A stretch of 64,000 bases of DNA from NCBI GenBank assembly GCA_040285825.1, contig JAUPSS010000006.1, forward strand, positions 1 to 64,000, in the 5' to 3' direction. The notes beneath the pieces were generated by a model. The model did no database searches. It saw only the letters and a program-made list of their open reading frames with translations, and was not told the DNA's origin. This DNA comes from Eukaryota sp. TZLM1-RC. Its lineage: Eukaryota > Protista > Metamonada: BaSk clade. Position numbers and translations under genes: made by a program. Positions 27,601 through 40,619 of this stretch are shown in pieces; the first letter of the stretch is position 1, and every line of letters starts with the position of its first letter.

Positions 27601-28879
27601 TTTTAAGAAAAACTAATAGATTGTTCAAAAAATAACTTTTTAATCAATAGTTTTAGTGTGTGTACTGATTCTCAATTGACTGGTGTATTCTTGACTTCGA
27701 TTTTATGGAAATTTAGCATACACAAACTTTAAAAAAATAGTAGCTGGACAAAAGCACCGATACTTTTGAAATGTTTTCACATATTTGCTCCTCGTCCAAT
27801 TGTTTTCAAGTAGGAGAAGCTTTTCTGTGAAAACTAGTCTTTGGTAACTTCTTGGGTAAAATAGAATTTTGAAACTTCTGAGACCAGCTTTACATAAAAT
27901 GAAAACAGATTCCATATTAGATATGTTCTTTGTCCATTTGCATTTTCTCATCATGGATCTCGTAAACCTGCAGCTATTTTATTTTTGGAACAATTCATAA
28001 AAATTGGTCACACTGAAAGGATTTCTGATCATATGCATTGACAGAATCGAATAGTTGATTCTATTATTAAAGGAATGGTACCCTTGATATCCAAAAGCAT
28101 TGCTGTCATTGGACAAGTACTTTGAACAAAGAATATCGTAGGCTTTTAGTTTGGATACAGTTGGGTTGAAGTGGTGGAGTTTTAGTTTTCGTTTGTTTGG
28201 TGATAGATCTACTTATTCGGAAAAACAACCGTAGCACCAAGAACAAACAAATGTCGACAATACTACACGCTGCATCATAGATATATTTATAACAAATTTG
28301 GAAATTTTCGGGATTTCCCTCATTGTTTCAGTCCGCAATACCTTGTGGTCCATGTGTGGTAGTTCTAATTTAATATCTGATATTGAAGTAATGTTGAAAT
28401 CAATATGCCCACTAAATATATTATTGTCAAACACTATTATTGTCACTAATGATGTCATGGATGTTGTTGCCTTGTTTTATGATAATTTTGATTTAGTGAT
28501 TGATGTCAGTTGACCTCAATGATAATTCATTCTGTAGACATCAAGATGTACAAAAAACATAAGCTCGAAATGATAACGAAATGAAAATATCTAGCATAAT
28601 TATTATGATCTTTTAGCAGAAACGATGAAAAAGTATTTTAAAACTAAACGGAAAAGTCTGTGAAATTTAAGGAATTTGCTGTTTCCTTAACTGGATATGA
28701 AGGTCATGACGCAGCTTTGGTTTTGAATGATCTTCTGGATTATTCGAATAGTTTTCAGCTTCTGTAAAGGTCTTGGATAGTTGGTAGTGATATTGGAAAT
28801 TGCTCCTGCTCAAAGAGTGTTTCACACTGTAGGTGGTTATTCCTCTCCATTGAGGAAGTAATTTTTCAGGAAGGTTCTT

Positions 28880-29490
28880 TTATTGATTCTAATTTAATTA
28901 AAAACCGATAAATCAACATCGAAATAATCCATCTTTCCCAAAACAAAACAACAAGATGCAGCTTTCCCATAGTGAGATTCAAGAGAAAGCAAAGCATCAG
29001 AAACCATCTTCAACATCCCCTTAAAAATAGCAAACACAATTCTATTTTGCCAAAACAATCTGTTGTAATTTCTGTTAGTTCTTCTCTTGACAATCATTTC
29101 AAAATGTTCCAAAAGACTTAAAGCCGTTGGTGCAAGTGAACCAAAAAGAGAAGATACAACTGGATACAAATTGTAATTTGCATGTTGTAGACTGGCCAAT
29201 TTGGACAAAGGTTTATTTTATTTTTTCAATTTGAAATTTTCAGCTTTTGAAAGAGAAATATGAATTTCAGAATAAACAAGTCTTTCATTTGAGACATTAC
29301 AAAGGTCAATAAAGATTACATCCAATAAAATGAAGCTTCCATCTATTCCAGGTAATATAACATCAGCCCGATTATTCTTATGAGAATTATCATCACTATC
29401 AAAAAGACTTGACAACAGAGGTTCTAAGAAGGATTAAATCATATGGGACTTATACATACAATATAACTGGTTTCTCACAACATCATGCAC
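28880..29490 (-). mobile_element. Degenerate 3' part of a CRE-like element (family C), RLE region
   Basis: VHDVV...RADVILPGIDG..LLDV and FWQNRIVFAIFKG, homologous to families A and D; contains stops and frameshifts. Confidence 0.8.
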
Positions 29491-29720
29491 CTGGATGAAA
29501 TCATCTGACGTTGAAGGATGGTTATGTGTAGAGTCGGCAATGTGTACTGGATTTCCAAATTTTTGTGCTCTGTTTAAATGTTAATGAAAATACAGGAAAT
29601 TGTTTTCAAAAGATGAAGAGGAAATAACAATGGATTCAACCTTGCCGAAACAGTTCTGCAGCATTCAATAATGAATAGCAAAAATCACCACACATTTGAC
29701 ATCAATCATTATCTTTTACA

Positions 29721-31325
29721 ATGGACATCCCTGAACATCTTTCATCAGCTGCCAGGAGGAAGCTCAATGAGATGTTTGTAGTTTGGGTTTGCCTACCTAG
29801 TACACAGAAACTTCTTACAGACATTGTCTCTGCAGTCAAACAAGGAAAGCCTCTTCCCGCTAGACTTCCAGCATCCCCACTCACTCGATCTCCCAAAACC
29901 CCAGCCTCTCCTCCCCGATCTCCTCTTTCCCCCACATATGCCAAGGGCGACTCCACAGCTCTATCTCCTCTAGGATCTCCCACTCGTAAAGCTGAACCCC
30001 TCACTTCCTTCTCCACTTCACCGATCTCCCTGGGGCCTACACCAGAACCCTCTCCAGAAGCCGAAGAACCCCCTATTGACACGTCAAACATTGTCATTCC
30101 TCTTCCTGGTGTTTCTATTTATACAAACACTGAATCCGAACTTTCTCTTTTGCGATCTGTGTTTCATTCCTCTACAATCTCTTCCACGTCACCATCATGG
30201 CTGGAAGTCGTGCGATTTCTTGATTTACCTTCCTTTTCTGCCCAATATTTAGCCTATAGAATTCATAATCCAACTACAGAAGCTCCTTCATTGCTTTCTG
30301 ATTTCAATTACCAACCTGAATCCTACACAATCAGTTGGAACTCACTTGAGTCGTTCTACACGTCACGCCTTGCTGGCAGAGAGTCATCAGATAGACTTTT
30401 CAATATACTAAGTCCGCAAGTTGATGATGGTACAATCAACATGACTCAACTACTACCATTACTTCAGCATTATGTACATAACCATTCTGGCCTTGCTTTT
30501 CTCAAGGACACACCCGAATTCCAAGCTTCCTATGCTGAAACCATCGCACTCAGAGTATTGTACATTGCCGACACATTAGCATTAGGTCGGGTGAACAGAT
30601 TGGCTTTTAGGAGGAGTAAGTTTTTTAATAGTTGTATGGAGGTAGACGCTATGACTGATGTGAATCTTGAATTGAATTATTTTTCTTATGAACACTTTTA
30701 CGTTTTGTACTGCAAATTTTGGGAATTGGATACGGATCAGAACAAAATTTTGGACCGTGAAGACTTGCTAAGATATGGCAACTATGCTCTTGGTACTAGG
30801 GCAATTGATAGAATTTTGGCCGGAGCTCCTAGAAAACTAACATCTACTGTACCTAATACAATGAACTTTCAAGATTTTGTTGCCTTTTGTATTTCAGAAG
30901 AAGATAAAACAACCGAAACCTCACTTATTTATTGGTTGAGGGTCTGTGATTTAGATGGTGATGGTATTCTTTCGCTTTTTGAAATGGAGTTTTTCTATGA
31001 AGAACAAATTCAAAGGATTATAAATACTGGGCAGGAAAGCGTAACATATGAAGATTTGATTTGTCAGATCTTTGACATTATGAAACCAAAAAATTATTCA
31101 CAATTGACTTTGGCAGATTTAAAAAGGGCATCGTGCAAAGGTGCCATTTTCAATTACTTATTGAATATTCAGAAATTCTTTCTGTATGAGCAACGAGATC
31201 CTTTTGAAGTAAATGATCCAGAAGCATTAGAATCAACTGATTGGGCCAGGTTTGCCAAGTTAGAATATGATAAGTTGGCCAGTGACACGGAAGGGGTTTC
31301 TGATTGGGGAAATGTGTCTTTTTGA
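29721..31325 (+). CDS. PPP2R3: Protein phosphatase 2A regulatory subunit B'' (PR72/PPP2R3 family, EF-hands)
   Basis: Signature FSYEHFYVLYCKFWELDTD, HSGLAFLKDTPEFQ, and EF-hand DLDGDGILS. Confidence 0.93.
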   Translation: MDIPEHLSSAARRKLNEMFVVWVCLPSTQKLLTDIVSAVKQGKPLPARLPASPLTRSPKTPASPPRSPLSPTYAKGDSTALSPLGSPTRKAEPLTSFSTSPISLGPTPEPSPEAEEPPIDTSNIVIPLPGVSIYTNTESELSLLRSVFHSSTISSTSPSWLEVVRFLDLPSFSAQYLAYRIHNPTTEAPSLLSDFNYQPESYTISWNSLESFYTSRLAGRESSDRLFNILSPQVDDGTINMTQLLPLLQHYVHNHSGLAFLKDTPEFQASYAETIALRVLYIADTLALGRVNRLAFRRSKFFNSCMEVDAMTDVNLELNYFSYEHFYVLYCKFWELDTDQNKILDREDLLRYGNYALGTRAIDRILAGAPRKLTSTVPNTMNFQDFVAFCISEEDKTTETSLIYWLRVCDLDGDGILSLFEMEFFYEEQIQRIINTGQESVTYEDLICQIFDIMKPKNYSQLTLADLKRASCKGAIFNYLLNIQKFFLYEQRDPFEVNDPEALESTDWARFAKLEYDKLASDTEGVSDWGNVSF

Positions 31326-31549
31326 TTAGTTGATTGATTGTCGATAGTGTTTTGAGCGGTTTTTAGTGTATTTTAACAGAATAAAATTATTATTCTAGAT
31401 TTTTTCCTTTGTCTTGAGGAATTTTTTGGAGTATTGAGCCGAAAAATGCAATTTTAAAACAAATCAACATGACATTCGTGGCATAGACATGGTCTACCAG
31501 TCTTCAGGACAACCTAATTTAAGACATAATCGTTGTTTGAATAATATGT

Positions 31550-31820
31550 TATTTATTAATTAAAAACTTACACATCAACATCGAAATAATCAATCTCTCC
31601 CAAAACAAAACAATTAGATGTAACTCTCTTATAGTGAGATCCAAGAGAAAGCAAAGCAACAGAAACCAACTTGAACATCCTCTTAAAAATAGAAAACACA
31701 ATTCTCTTTTACCAAAACAATCTGTTGAAAATCCTACTGGTTCTTCTTCTTTTCTCTTTCTTCTCTTTGCCATTTCATAATTTTCCCAAAAACGTATAGC
31801 CGTCAGAGAAAGTGAACCAA
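31550..31820 (-). mobile_element. Degenerate family C 3' fragment
   Basis: Nucleotide similarity to 28895-29145. Confidence 0.7.
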
Positions 31821-32419
31821 ATTGAATACTTATTTTGTTAAAAATAATTAGTGTTACGGACAACATTTCTTAGACCACAGAAAAAGGTCATTGAGAGCTT
31901 TCTATTTGACACAGTAATAGATTCATGCAACTTATTAACTGTCTTTTCAATGGAAGCTGAATATGAAGTGTTATCTTCACTGTAGGACCTTTATTCATAT
32001 TAATTAATATTAATATTTATTTATTAATTATACATTGTACACTAATTTTTCAATACAGTACACCTTCACTAAACACAATTATTGCAACCCTGGTCCAAAA
32101 ATAAATACTATTTAAATTCTGAGGATGGGTGACGAAATTTTCTCGTTGTTAAATTATCCTTTGTCAAAATGTGTAGGGTGTCAATTAAGGCAAATGGTGT
32201 TGTTAAGAAGAAAACACTTAAGAAGAACAATAATTTATTAAATACTCTAAATAAATTAAAAAAAATCGTGACAAATGATTATTATTCTTATTTTTTTATT
32301 TTTTTATTTTTTTATTTTTTGGCGAAAATCTATATTAAGATGGCCCTATTTCACCATATATTCAAACAGTATTAAACATGTTGTTCAACTCAAAATGATT
32401 TAATGATGCCACACATTTT

Positions 32420-32730
32420 CCAATTTTTTCCAATTACACCAGTTGTAGAGTTAAATGGTTAATTCTAATTGTTAATCTAATTTTTTTGAAAATTCATTAA
32501 TATCCACAGCACATTTCATTTACATCTCTGCCCAAAATCCAAAAGATTTCTGGTCGGAACACTGAGTCAAAAGCTTTGGATAAGGAAAAGGTTTTTTTAT
32601 AAATAACCTTTTAATTGCGTTTGATAATAAATGGAGCATAAATTTAACGGAAAAAAATTCAACATCTAAATGAAATAGATGATGGGATTTTATGGATTTT
32701 GCTGTGTTCTTCCACAAAGAAATTTTTTGT
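32420..32730. repeat. Unclassified dispersed non-coding repeat; the second copy (~38480-40435) is split by a retrotransposon
   Basis: Shared blocks CAATTACA..TTGTAGAGTT, CACATTTCATTTACAT and TGTGTTCTTCCACAAAGAAA in the same order at both loci. Confidence 0.6.
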
Positions 32731-33650
32731 TAATTTGAAAATAAAGCACTATTTAGTAAGTTAAGTCGGAGGCCAATTCTGTTGAATAATTCTTTAAAAC
32801 ATAAAGTTGTTTGTTTCACAATCTTTAAGTCACCTACGGGAACAATGTCATCTATATAGGCAATCATTTTTAGCGAAGGAAACATCTCATGAATTTGCAA
32901 CAAAATAAAATGAATGGCCAAACAAAACAAAAGAGGATCACCGTGCTTTACACCATTTGATAATTTCAAAATAGAATCACCAAAATGCAAATCAGAATTT
33001 GTACTATGTGTTTTTTGAGAAATAAGGCATCAATTCTGGCAAATAGTTCAACATAGCACCATGAATACTGCAACGATTAATTGAATTGAATGTATTGCTA
33101 AAATCCAACAACTGACAAACGTTGGCTTCATTTTGATGAAATAGAACATCTGCAGCAAATACTGCTGAAGTAATAAGCGACTCCATCAGTGGTATTGATT
33201 CCATATTGAAACGGTAACAAATTTTTTTCGTTTTTCATTAAATCTATTTCAGCGGCAAGCTTTAAACTTGACATCCATTTCTGAGTTCTTTAGAAGTGCA
33301 GTCAACGTGAACTTCTTCATTCTTCTGGATACTTAAGTTGACCGGTCAAGACTCTATTCAAATATTTGGTTAATAAAATACGACAATCTTCTGAAGAAAT
33401 AACCATGGCTTCGATATAATTGATCGCCCAGAAAGACCTGTAGACTTACCGCTTGGTCGCTTTTTGATCACTGAAAATACTTCTGATGTCATCAATGGAT
33501 GGCTTTCCCAATCTCCTTAATAATCTTGACCCATTATTGGATTTTCTGATGGATGAAAGATCTTGAGTTTATTTAGAGTTTCTTGGTTATTGGGAGCTTT
33601 GACTATTGGATTTAAAGTAGACAAAGCACTAGAGCACTTGTTATCAAATT
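32730..33650 (-). pseudogene. Degenerate RT of a family-B-related CRE element
   Basis: LDFSNTFNS, GVKHGDP, YIDD and GLRLN motifs; parallels 35600-36510 with stops and indels. Confidence 0.85.
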
Positions 33651-33968
33651 ATTTATCTTTAAAAATTTTGCTCAATTTTTTAGATGACAGTGTTTTTGGT
33701 GCATTAGAATTTCAATCGTCAGAATTTTCAACACATTTTTGTTCAAAACGAGGACAAAAAGAACCAAAAAATTCCCATAGCATACTGATAGCTTACTTTC
33801 CCTTACATAATTGATCCAAAAATCTTTAAAAAACGAAGGAAAATTCATTACATTTCGACGGATGAATTTCTTGAGGTATTTTTATGGAAGGATAGTAATT
33901 GTCGACTATTCTACATTTCAAGCATCAATCAGCAGTTTGACCTTATTTATTCGGAAATAATTGCTGCA

Positions 33969-34010
33969 TTTTTTTTAAAACTGGAATATTTATTGAGATA
34001 AAAATAAACA
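33969..34010 (-). mobile_element. Extreme 3' stub of family A (poly-A plus UTR), continued at 36518-36548
   Basis: Matches 38579-38645 once the intervening element is removed. Confidence 0.75.
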
Positions 34011-36517
34011 ACTTAAATTCAATTTATTGAATTTGCACACTTGATTAAATTAAATCATAACTAATGGGACGACTATCATTAAACCAAGATTTCCTCTACA
34101 AAATCTTGATTTGCTTGCTGTCTAGCTAAAGCTTCTCTAATTCGATTGAAAAACCGCGGTAATCTATTAATAATGGCAAATTGAATCCGTGAACGCCATA
34201 AAAAAATATCAAATCTTTTCATTGTTTTTTCTTTCACCATTTTTTGGAAGTCATCCAAAAAAGTTTCTGCTTCAACTGATAATCTTCCATTTATCGAAAA
34301 TGGGAAAGCAATAAAAACCAGCTGTGTATTTCTATCGACATTTGCATCTTCAATTTCTTTATCATATTTTCTATGTTTTTCTTTTGCTTTAAAATCCAGA
34401 GCAGCCACAGGATTAAGTTTTCTTCTGTGAACCAAAGTATCGTTTGCAACATTACATGAGACAAAGTCAACAATAGCTTCAGAATTATCAATCCAATCAC
34501 AGTATACATCACCTCTATCATCAGAACCAAAATTATTCAGAGAAAGTGTTTCCTTCAGCAGGGGCTCTTTGATACACGATATCCTTGCAGTTTGTGCCAT
34601 ATTGAAAACAGTGTCTCTAACAGCATCATGTAATGAAGAACGATAAGTTATCAATTTAGAGCAATTTAGAGCATGGCGCAAAGTGAGTTGAGGTGAATTC
34701 GAACAAATACATTTTTCTTTTGATAATAATTGGTTAATGGGGATGTTCAAATATAATCTCATTTTTGTTACAAATGTTTCATTAGTGGCACACAATCCAA
34801 ATCTTCGTGGTACAATGGTTACAAAAAGTGAAGAATCTGACGCCTTGTTTTCACAAACACCCTTTTCCAATAACAATGAGTGAAGATCTTGATTTAAAAC
34901 AGCCGAGCTGCAAATATTATTATAAAGATCTTTTTCATACATTCCAGTCAATCTTTTCTGTAATGTTCGAAGAGTGTACTTCAAATTTAAAACATTTTTT
35001 TCTGGAATATTGCCATTGAATGATTGGGGAAAACATCGACCCCATTTTTCTACATCAATTCTTGAAATTTCTTCATTTAATGCAAAAACAGTGGAACTTT
35101 GCGTTGTCATCAATAAATCTTCCCAATCTGCAAATCTTTCGGAAAACTCAAAGATTGCATTTCTGCATCCACCAACAAAAAGCACACGAGGTAAGAATAG
35201 AAGCCTTCGTCCACCCTAAACCACCATAATGTGGACTAAGGTAAGCATGATCTGGAATTTGAAACATTTTACATCCCAGTAATTGAGACAGAACTTTTTG
35301 CACGTAACTCATTAAACTTTTTGAGCCAAAGGTCTAGTGACGAGAGGATTTGTAGATCGAAATATATGATTAAAATTGGAACTAAAACACAGTCTTATAA
35401 TGGTAAATTTGATGTGTTTTTTTATATCTAAATTCATCATTCGGTCAATTTTGTCAGAAATTGAGTTCAACTTTTCAAACAATTTTTTGGTAATTTCATC
35501 ATTATTTCCTAAAAACGAACCCAAATGACGAATAGCATCAATTGAATATAATTTGGCTTGAATTTCAATATCATCAATTATTGTGGAAACTGGAGAATTC
35601 GATAACAAAACACATTTAAGTAAATTAAGTCGGAGACCAATTTTGGTAAATAATTCTTTAAAACATACAGTTGCTTTTTTCACAATATTTAAATCACCAA
35701 TAAGCACAACATCATCCATATGCAATCATTTTTAGTGAAGGAAACATCTCTTGAATTTGCAGTAGAATAGGATGGATGGCCAAACAAAACAAAAGAGGTC
35801 CTAACGGATCTCCTTGCTTTACGCCACTTGATGAACTCAAAATGTTGTTACCAAAATGTAAATTAGAATATGTGCAATAAGTTGATTGAAAATATGGTAT
35901 TAATTCCGGCATATGTTGCAATAGAGCACCATGGATACTGCGACGACTTAGTGAATTGAAAGCATTACTAAAATCCAATGACATGCAAACATTGAATTCA
36001 TTTTGACGAAATAAGACATCAGTAGCAAAAATCGCTGAAGAGACTCCATCTGTAGTATTTATACCATATTGAAAGGGTAATAAAATCTTTTTAGCTTTTT
36101 CATTGAACCTGCTTAAGCAACACGCAGAAAAAATATTGTGTAAGCTCTCAGAGACTGCAATAGGACGAACATCCATTTTTGAATTTTTGACAAGTGCAGT
36201 CAAACGAGAACTTCTTAATTCTTCTGGGTATTTGCGTTGACCAGATAATATTTGGTTGAAATTTAGTCAATAAACCAAGGCAATCTTCTGAAGAAATAAT
36301 CGCGGCTTTTACATGATCAATAGTAATGCCAGAAAGTCCGGCAGACTTACCACGAGGTCTCTTTTTGATAACCGAAAAAACTTCTGATGGCATCAATGGA
36401 TAATTTTCCCAGTATGTGCCGTAAAAATTTTGATCCATTATAGGATCTTCATAAGGATGAAGAATTTTCAGTTTTTCTATTGTATTTTCATTGTTTGGTG
36501 CTTTAACTCCGGGACTT
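34011..36517 (-). mobile_element. 5'-truncated CRE-like non-LTR retrotransposon (family B) with RT, zinc knuckle and RLE, split by frameshifts
   Basis: RPIAVSE, LDFSNAFNS, GVKQGDPLGPLLF, YMDD, CIC...HALNC, RGDV...VDF...KHRKY. Flanked by AATAAACA at 34003-34010 and 36518-36525. Confidence 0.92.
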
Positions 36518-36699
36518 AATAAACATCTAGAATTCAATATCCTCCAAATTTTCCTCTGCTGCAAATTTTGTACTTATTTCGATTATTGACTGGTTTTGCA
36601 ACAACTTGTGGAGGACCATTTATTGTTTTTCTTCAAATCCTGTTCTTCTAGTAAATATACTTTTGCATTTCTTTCAGAATTTGCCACATCATTTTTTCC

Positions 36700-36765
36700 A
36701 ACAATGGGACACGTTCGAGCAATATGTCCCTGTTTTCGTCACTTGCAACATTTGTGAAAGCGTTT
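36700..36765 (-). pseudogene. Relic CCHC zinc knuckle, probably transposon-derived
   Basis: KRFHKCCK*RKQGHIARTCP fits Cx2Cx4Hx4C with the second Cys mutated to TGA. Confidence 0.5.
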
Positions 36766-37323
36766 CTTCATTTTTGAACACACTTTTCACCAAAATTTGC
36801 AGAAACTTCTTTATCAAACATGTTTTTGTCCAAAATTGAAGAGGGAAGAGGGTGGGGAGAGAAGTGGAAAGGACGTCATCAGCAACTGGTGTTCGATCAT
36901 TCCTTCTTTTGACTGTTTTGGATTCAGAAACAGATTCTGGCATCTATTGTCAAAAATAGGACTGGAAGAATATTCGGCCGAACCTTTTTGGCAAAAGAGA
37001 ATTGTTCTTTTTATTTTTGAGGGATTGTATAGCCTTGTTTCTAGCTCGTTGTCATCACTAGGCTATAACAAGGCTATGCATTCTTTTAAAAAAAATAAAA
37101 TTACATTGTTAATTTGTAAAGGATCATTTCTTTTAGTCTTCAACTCTCTGTTGTTGCTTCGATATATTATAAAATCAATATATATAGTTGTGGAAGGAAG
37201 TTTTTTTGTAGCGTAATTTGCAATAAGAAACTATTCAATTTTTGTTGATTTCTAGTGAGAAAAAAATTCTTTGTGAATATACCAATTTAATAGAAAAGAA
37301 TTCCAAAAGTTGACAAAATAAGC

Positions 37324-38017
37324 TCAAGACTGACATTGATCCACGCTGTTATTCACATTAACAGAAACTTCTTTACCTTCACTCATTACAAAGGGTTGAC
37401 GGGGAGTTGCAACATATTGTCTAGCAAAGTTGATGTACTTGTTGATGTAAGATAAGCTTGGTTGCAGAGCTGCTGGGTCATTGGTTTCACTAAGTCTTAC
37501 TGGAATCTCTACCCCGGTTGTGAACACAATTGCAGCCATTGTTTGATAGTGAAATCTTGTCTGGCCAGATGATCTGTGGTCTCCATGTTGAAATGTATGG
37601 GATGCCCCAATTTGGTTCGTCCTGGCCTGTAGTCCGTACACGTCCTCAAGAGCAAAGCATTGGGAAGTACTGAAACGATCGTCCTTGGCTGTAAGTCTGT
37701 AATACAGCATTTTCTCAGAGGGATCAACGGTGATACAGGACTCGCAGAATTCATTTGCAGGGTCTGACCAAATCCATAACCAGAACAACAGGGCAACAAA
37801 GGAGACAGGAATGTACAACAGGACGAGTGGCTCCTCGACTACTGCAAGAATCACAGCTGGTATGCAACTAAAGACCCATACAGCCCAAGAAAGCCAATCG
37901 GTGCGCTCTGTCTGACCTTCGAAGAAGATTTGGGCTGGCTGTTGAGGTGTGGAAGTATGATGGTGTAACTGATTCTGTGTTGATTAAAAACTACACATGA
38001 CATACTGGAACGAACAT
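37324..38017 (-). CDS. Hypothetical membrane protein with two hydrophobic segments; exon 1 38017-38006, intron 38005-37975, exon 2 37974-37324
   Basis: The frame of the 176-aa ORF is open up to ~37982 without an ATG. Removing a GTATGT...CACAG intron joins it in phase 0 to ATG TTC GTT CCA. Confidence 0.7.
37975..38005 (-). other. Predicted 31-nt spliceosomal intron
   Basis: GTATGTCATGTGTAGTTTTTAATCAACACAG; its removal restores the reading frame and a start codon. Confidence 0.7.
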
Positions 38018-38580
38018 CGAAAGTCTAGTGTTAGAATATTTCTGATCGAAGAATCAAAATGATTGGAAGTCCAAAGAACGAGATCCTTCATTAATAACTT
38101 ATTAAAAATGCATGACAGGCGTAATAATGTCCAATACAACTGATGATGTCGTGAAAAAGGCTTTTTGGTAAAACAAACTCGATATTCTTTTCATCAACAC
38201 CATTGGGGAAAACACCATTAGTTTTGTTGAATAAGGATGAACAAAAATCTAGTAGAGCAAACTATGAATCAGATCACGTGCAGTAGAAAGCAAGAGCCGA
38301 GTCATGCACAAACATGTATTTAATTAACATTTTCAATAGTTTTTACAAGTGTCTTGACTCAAAGTTTCGACGACCTATCTCAAGGGTTCTACCATTGTGA
38401 TCACTTGTGTGATTGGTTTAGTTGCATTAAATCTAATATGTATAAGATGTGTCACTATTGATTTAACTTTGAATGAAATTGTGTGTGTGCAATTACAACA
38501 ATTGTAGAGTTGGTGGTTAATTTAAATCGAAATTTGGTTATTACTCACATCACATTTCATTTACATTTCCACTTAAACTT

Positions 38581-40312
38581 TTTTTTAAAAAACTGGAATA
38601 TTTATTGAGATAAAAATAACCATCTAGAATTCAATATCCTTCAAACAAGCGTCACTATTACTGAACCTACTCACAGCATTACGTTCATATTCTACACCAA
38701 TAGCTAAAAGTGCCTTTGAAATCATTGTAGGAATAGACTTAAAATGCAAAAAACAATTCTATTTAACCAGAAAGTGGAGTTCATTGTTTTACCAGACCTA
38801 TTCAGTAACACTCTTTTGAAATTTTCCAAAAAGTGCAACCCTGAAGGTCCAATATTGCCAAAAAGAGAAATTGCAAACGGCACAAACTGATATTTCACAT
38901 GTTCCACTCTACCTAACTGTGCCAAAGGTTCTTCATATTTTTTTATCTTCTTTTTTTCGGCGTTAGATAACGGCGAATCAGCGGAATACACTAAACGAGG
39001 AGCAGAATTTTTGCAAACATCAACTGAGACAACATCTACAACATTGAGAACACCATCGATCCCTGGAGACCACTAAATCTGCCCTTCTTTGACCAAAGGA
39101 ATCATCCGTTTGATCTGAAGACAGCTTACGTACTAGTGGCTCAATAAATGCCTCTATATTGAAACTTTTGCACATGGCATATAATTGATCACGAACTGAG
39201 TCATGAACAATTGAGCGATAAGTTATAAAATACTTACAGTTTAAAATATGGGAAAGCGTAACAACACTCTTGCAGCGACAAATTAAATCATTTGGTGATG
39301 AACAAGGCCATAGAAAACATCTCATTCTCATTGCAGTGGTCCATTGGTGATCATTAAGTAGAAGGCCATAAATGTTGGGAACTTGGGAGATTAGGCAACT
39401 TGAGCAACTGTCTTCAAGATCAATCAAAAAGTTTGCAAAAACGGGATTTTTTTCCTTAGCCAAGCTAAGACGTACAATATAATCCAAGTTTTCTAAACCT
39501 TTTAAGATCTTTTTCTGCAATTTTGCAAAAGTCAGTGGTAAGGAGAGCAAGCTTCTTGAAGGAAGTTCCACAATATCAGAGGGGAAACATTTAGCCCAAA
39601 TATTGGGTGAAAGAGTTTCAATTTCCTGTTGCCAAGAAATAAGATAAGAGCTCCCGCAATTTTCAATGAGATGAATTTTTTCAGGAAAACGATTCACAAA
39701 TTCATAAATAAAATTCTTTCCACCTCCAATAAAGGCAGCTTTACAAAGGTAGCTTGATTTATGAAAATCAACACCACCAAAATTTGTACCACAAAAAATG
39801 TGGCTTCGTAAGTGAGATGCATCAATTTCCAATAATTTTGCTAAAAAAATTGGTTCTTTGTTCATTAAAAATTCGACAAAACTCCAAAGAAATTGATGGT
39901 GATGTTGATCTCAAAATATGAGTAAATTTTCCAGAATAACAGATTTTTAGGAAAAAGAATTTCAAATGTTTCTCAATATTTAAATTTTCTATTGATTCTA
40001 ATTCATTTCCAAATTGAGTCAACAGAGTCGAAAGTTGGCCTTTGACTTCATCAATATTTTCGAGATAACAACCCATAAATCGAAAACCAGACTGATCACA
40101 ATTGATAAAGGGGACATTGACATCATTAATGAAAAAATCAATTGGTTCATGGCCAATAATCAAACATTTGGAGATATTCAATGAGAGACCAATATCTTCA
40201 TAACGCTGTTGAATAAAAGTTGCTATTTGTTTCAGAATTGTAATAGGAGCAATTACAGGAATGTCATCCCTATATGCTACAATATCTATTTCTGGGAATT
40301 TTTCTTTTAATT
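38581..40312 (-). mobile_element. 5'-truncated CRE-like element (family A, copy 2) with poly-A tail and 11-bp TSD
   Basis: TSD CACTTAAACTT at 38570-38580 and 40313-40323. Begins just before a YRDD motif and contains GLSLNISKC, knuckle and RLE motifs. Confidence 0.92.
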
Positions 40313-40619
40313 CACTTAAACTTGAACAGATAAATCAAAAGCTTTGAACAACAACCAACCAATCAATCAATCAATCAATCAAATGATGAGAATTTATTGT
40401 TATTGATGTGTTCTTCCACAAAGAAACTTTTTGTTAGAGTGAGCATACGATGTTGTGGGAGTAAGGGTCAGTCCTAATAATACACAATAAACTGCTTTTC
40501 CCTCGTGTGAAATCTTTACACTACATACCTTTGATTAATGTACAATTAATAATAGATAATAATAATAATTATTAACAAAATAACAATAAGACGAGTGATT
40601 GACAACATTAAAAACACAA

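Noticed and set aside
24700-28870. Short ORFs, possible DNA-transposon relics
   Set aside because: No convincing motif or terminal repeats; left unannotated.
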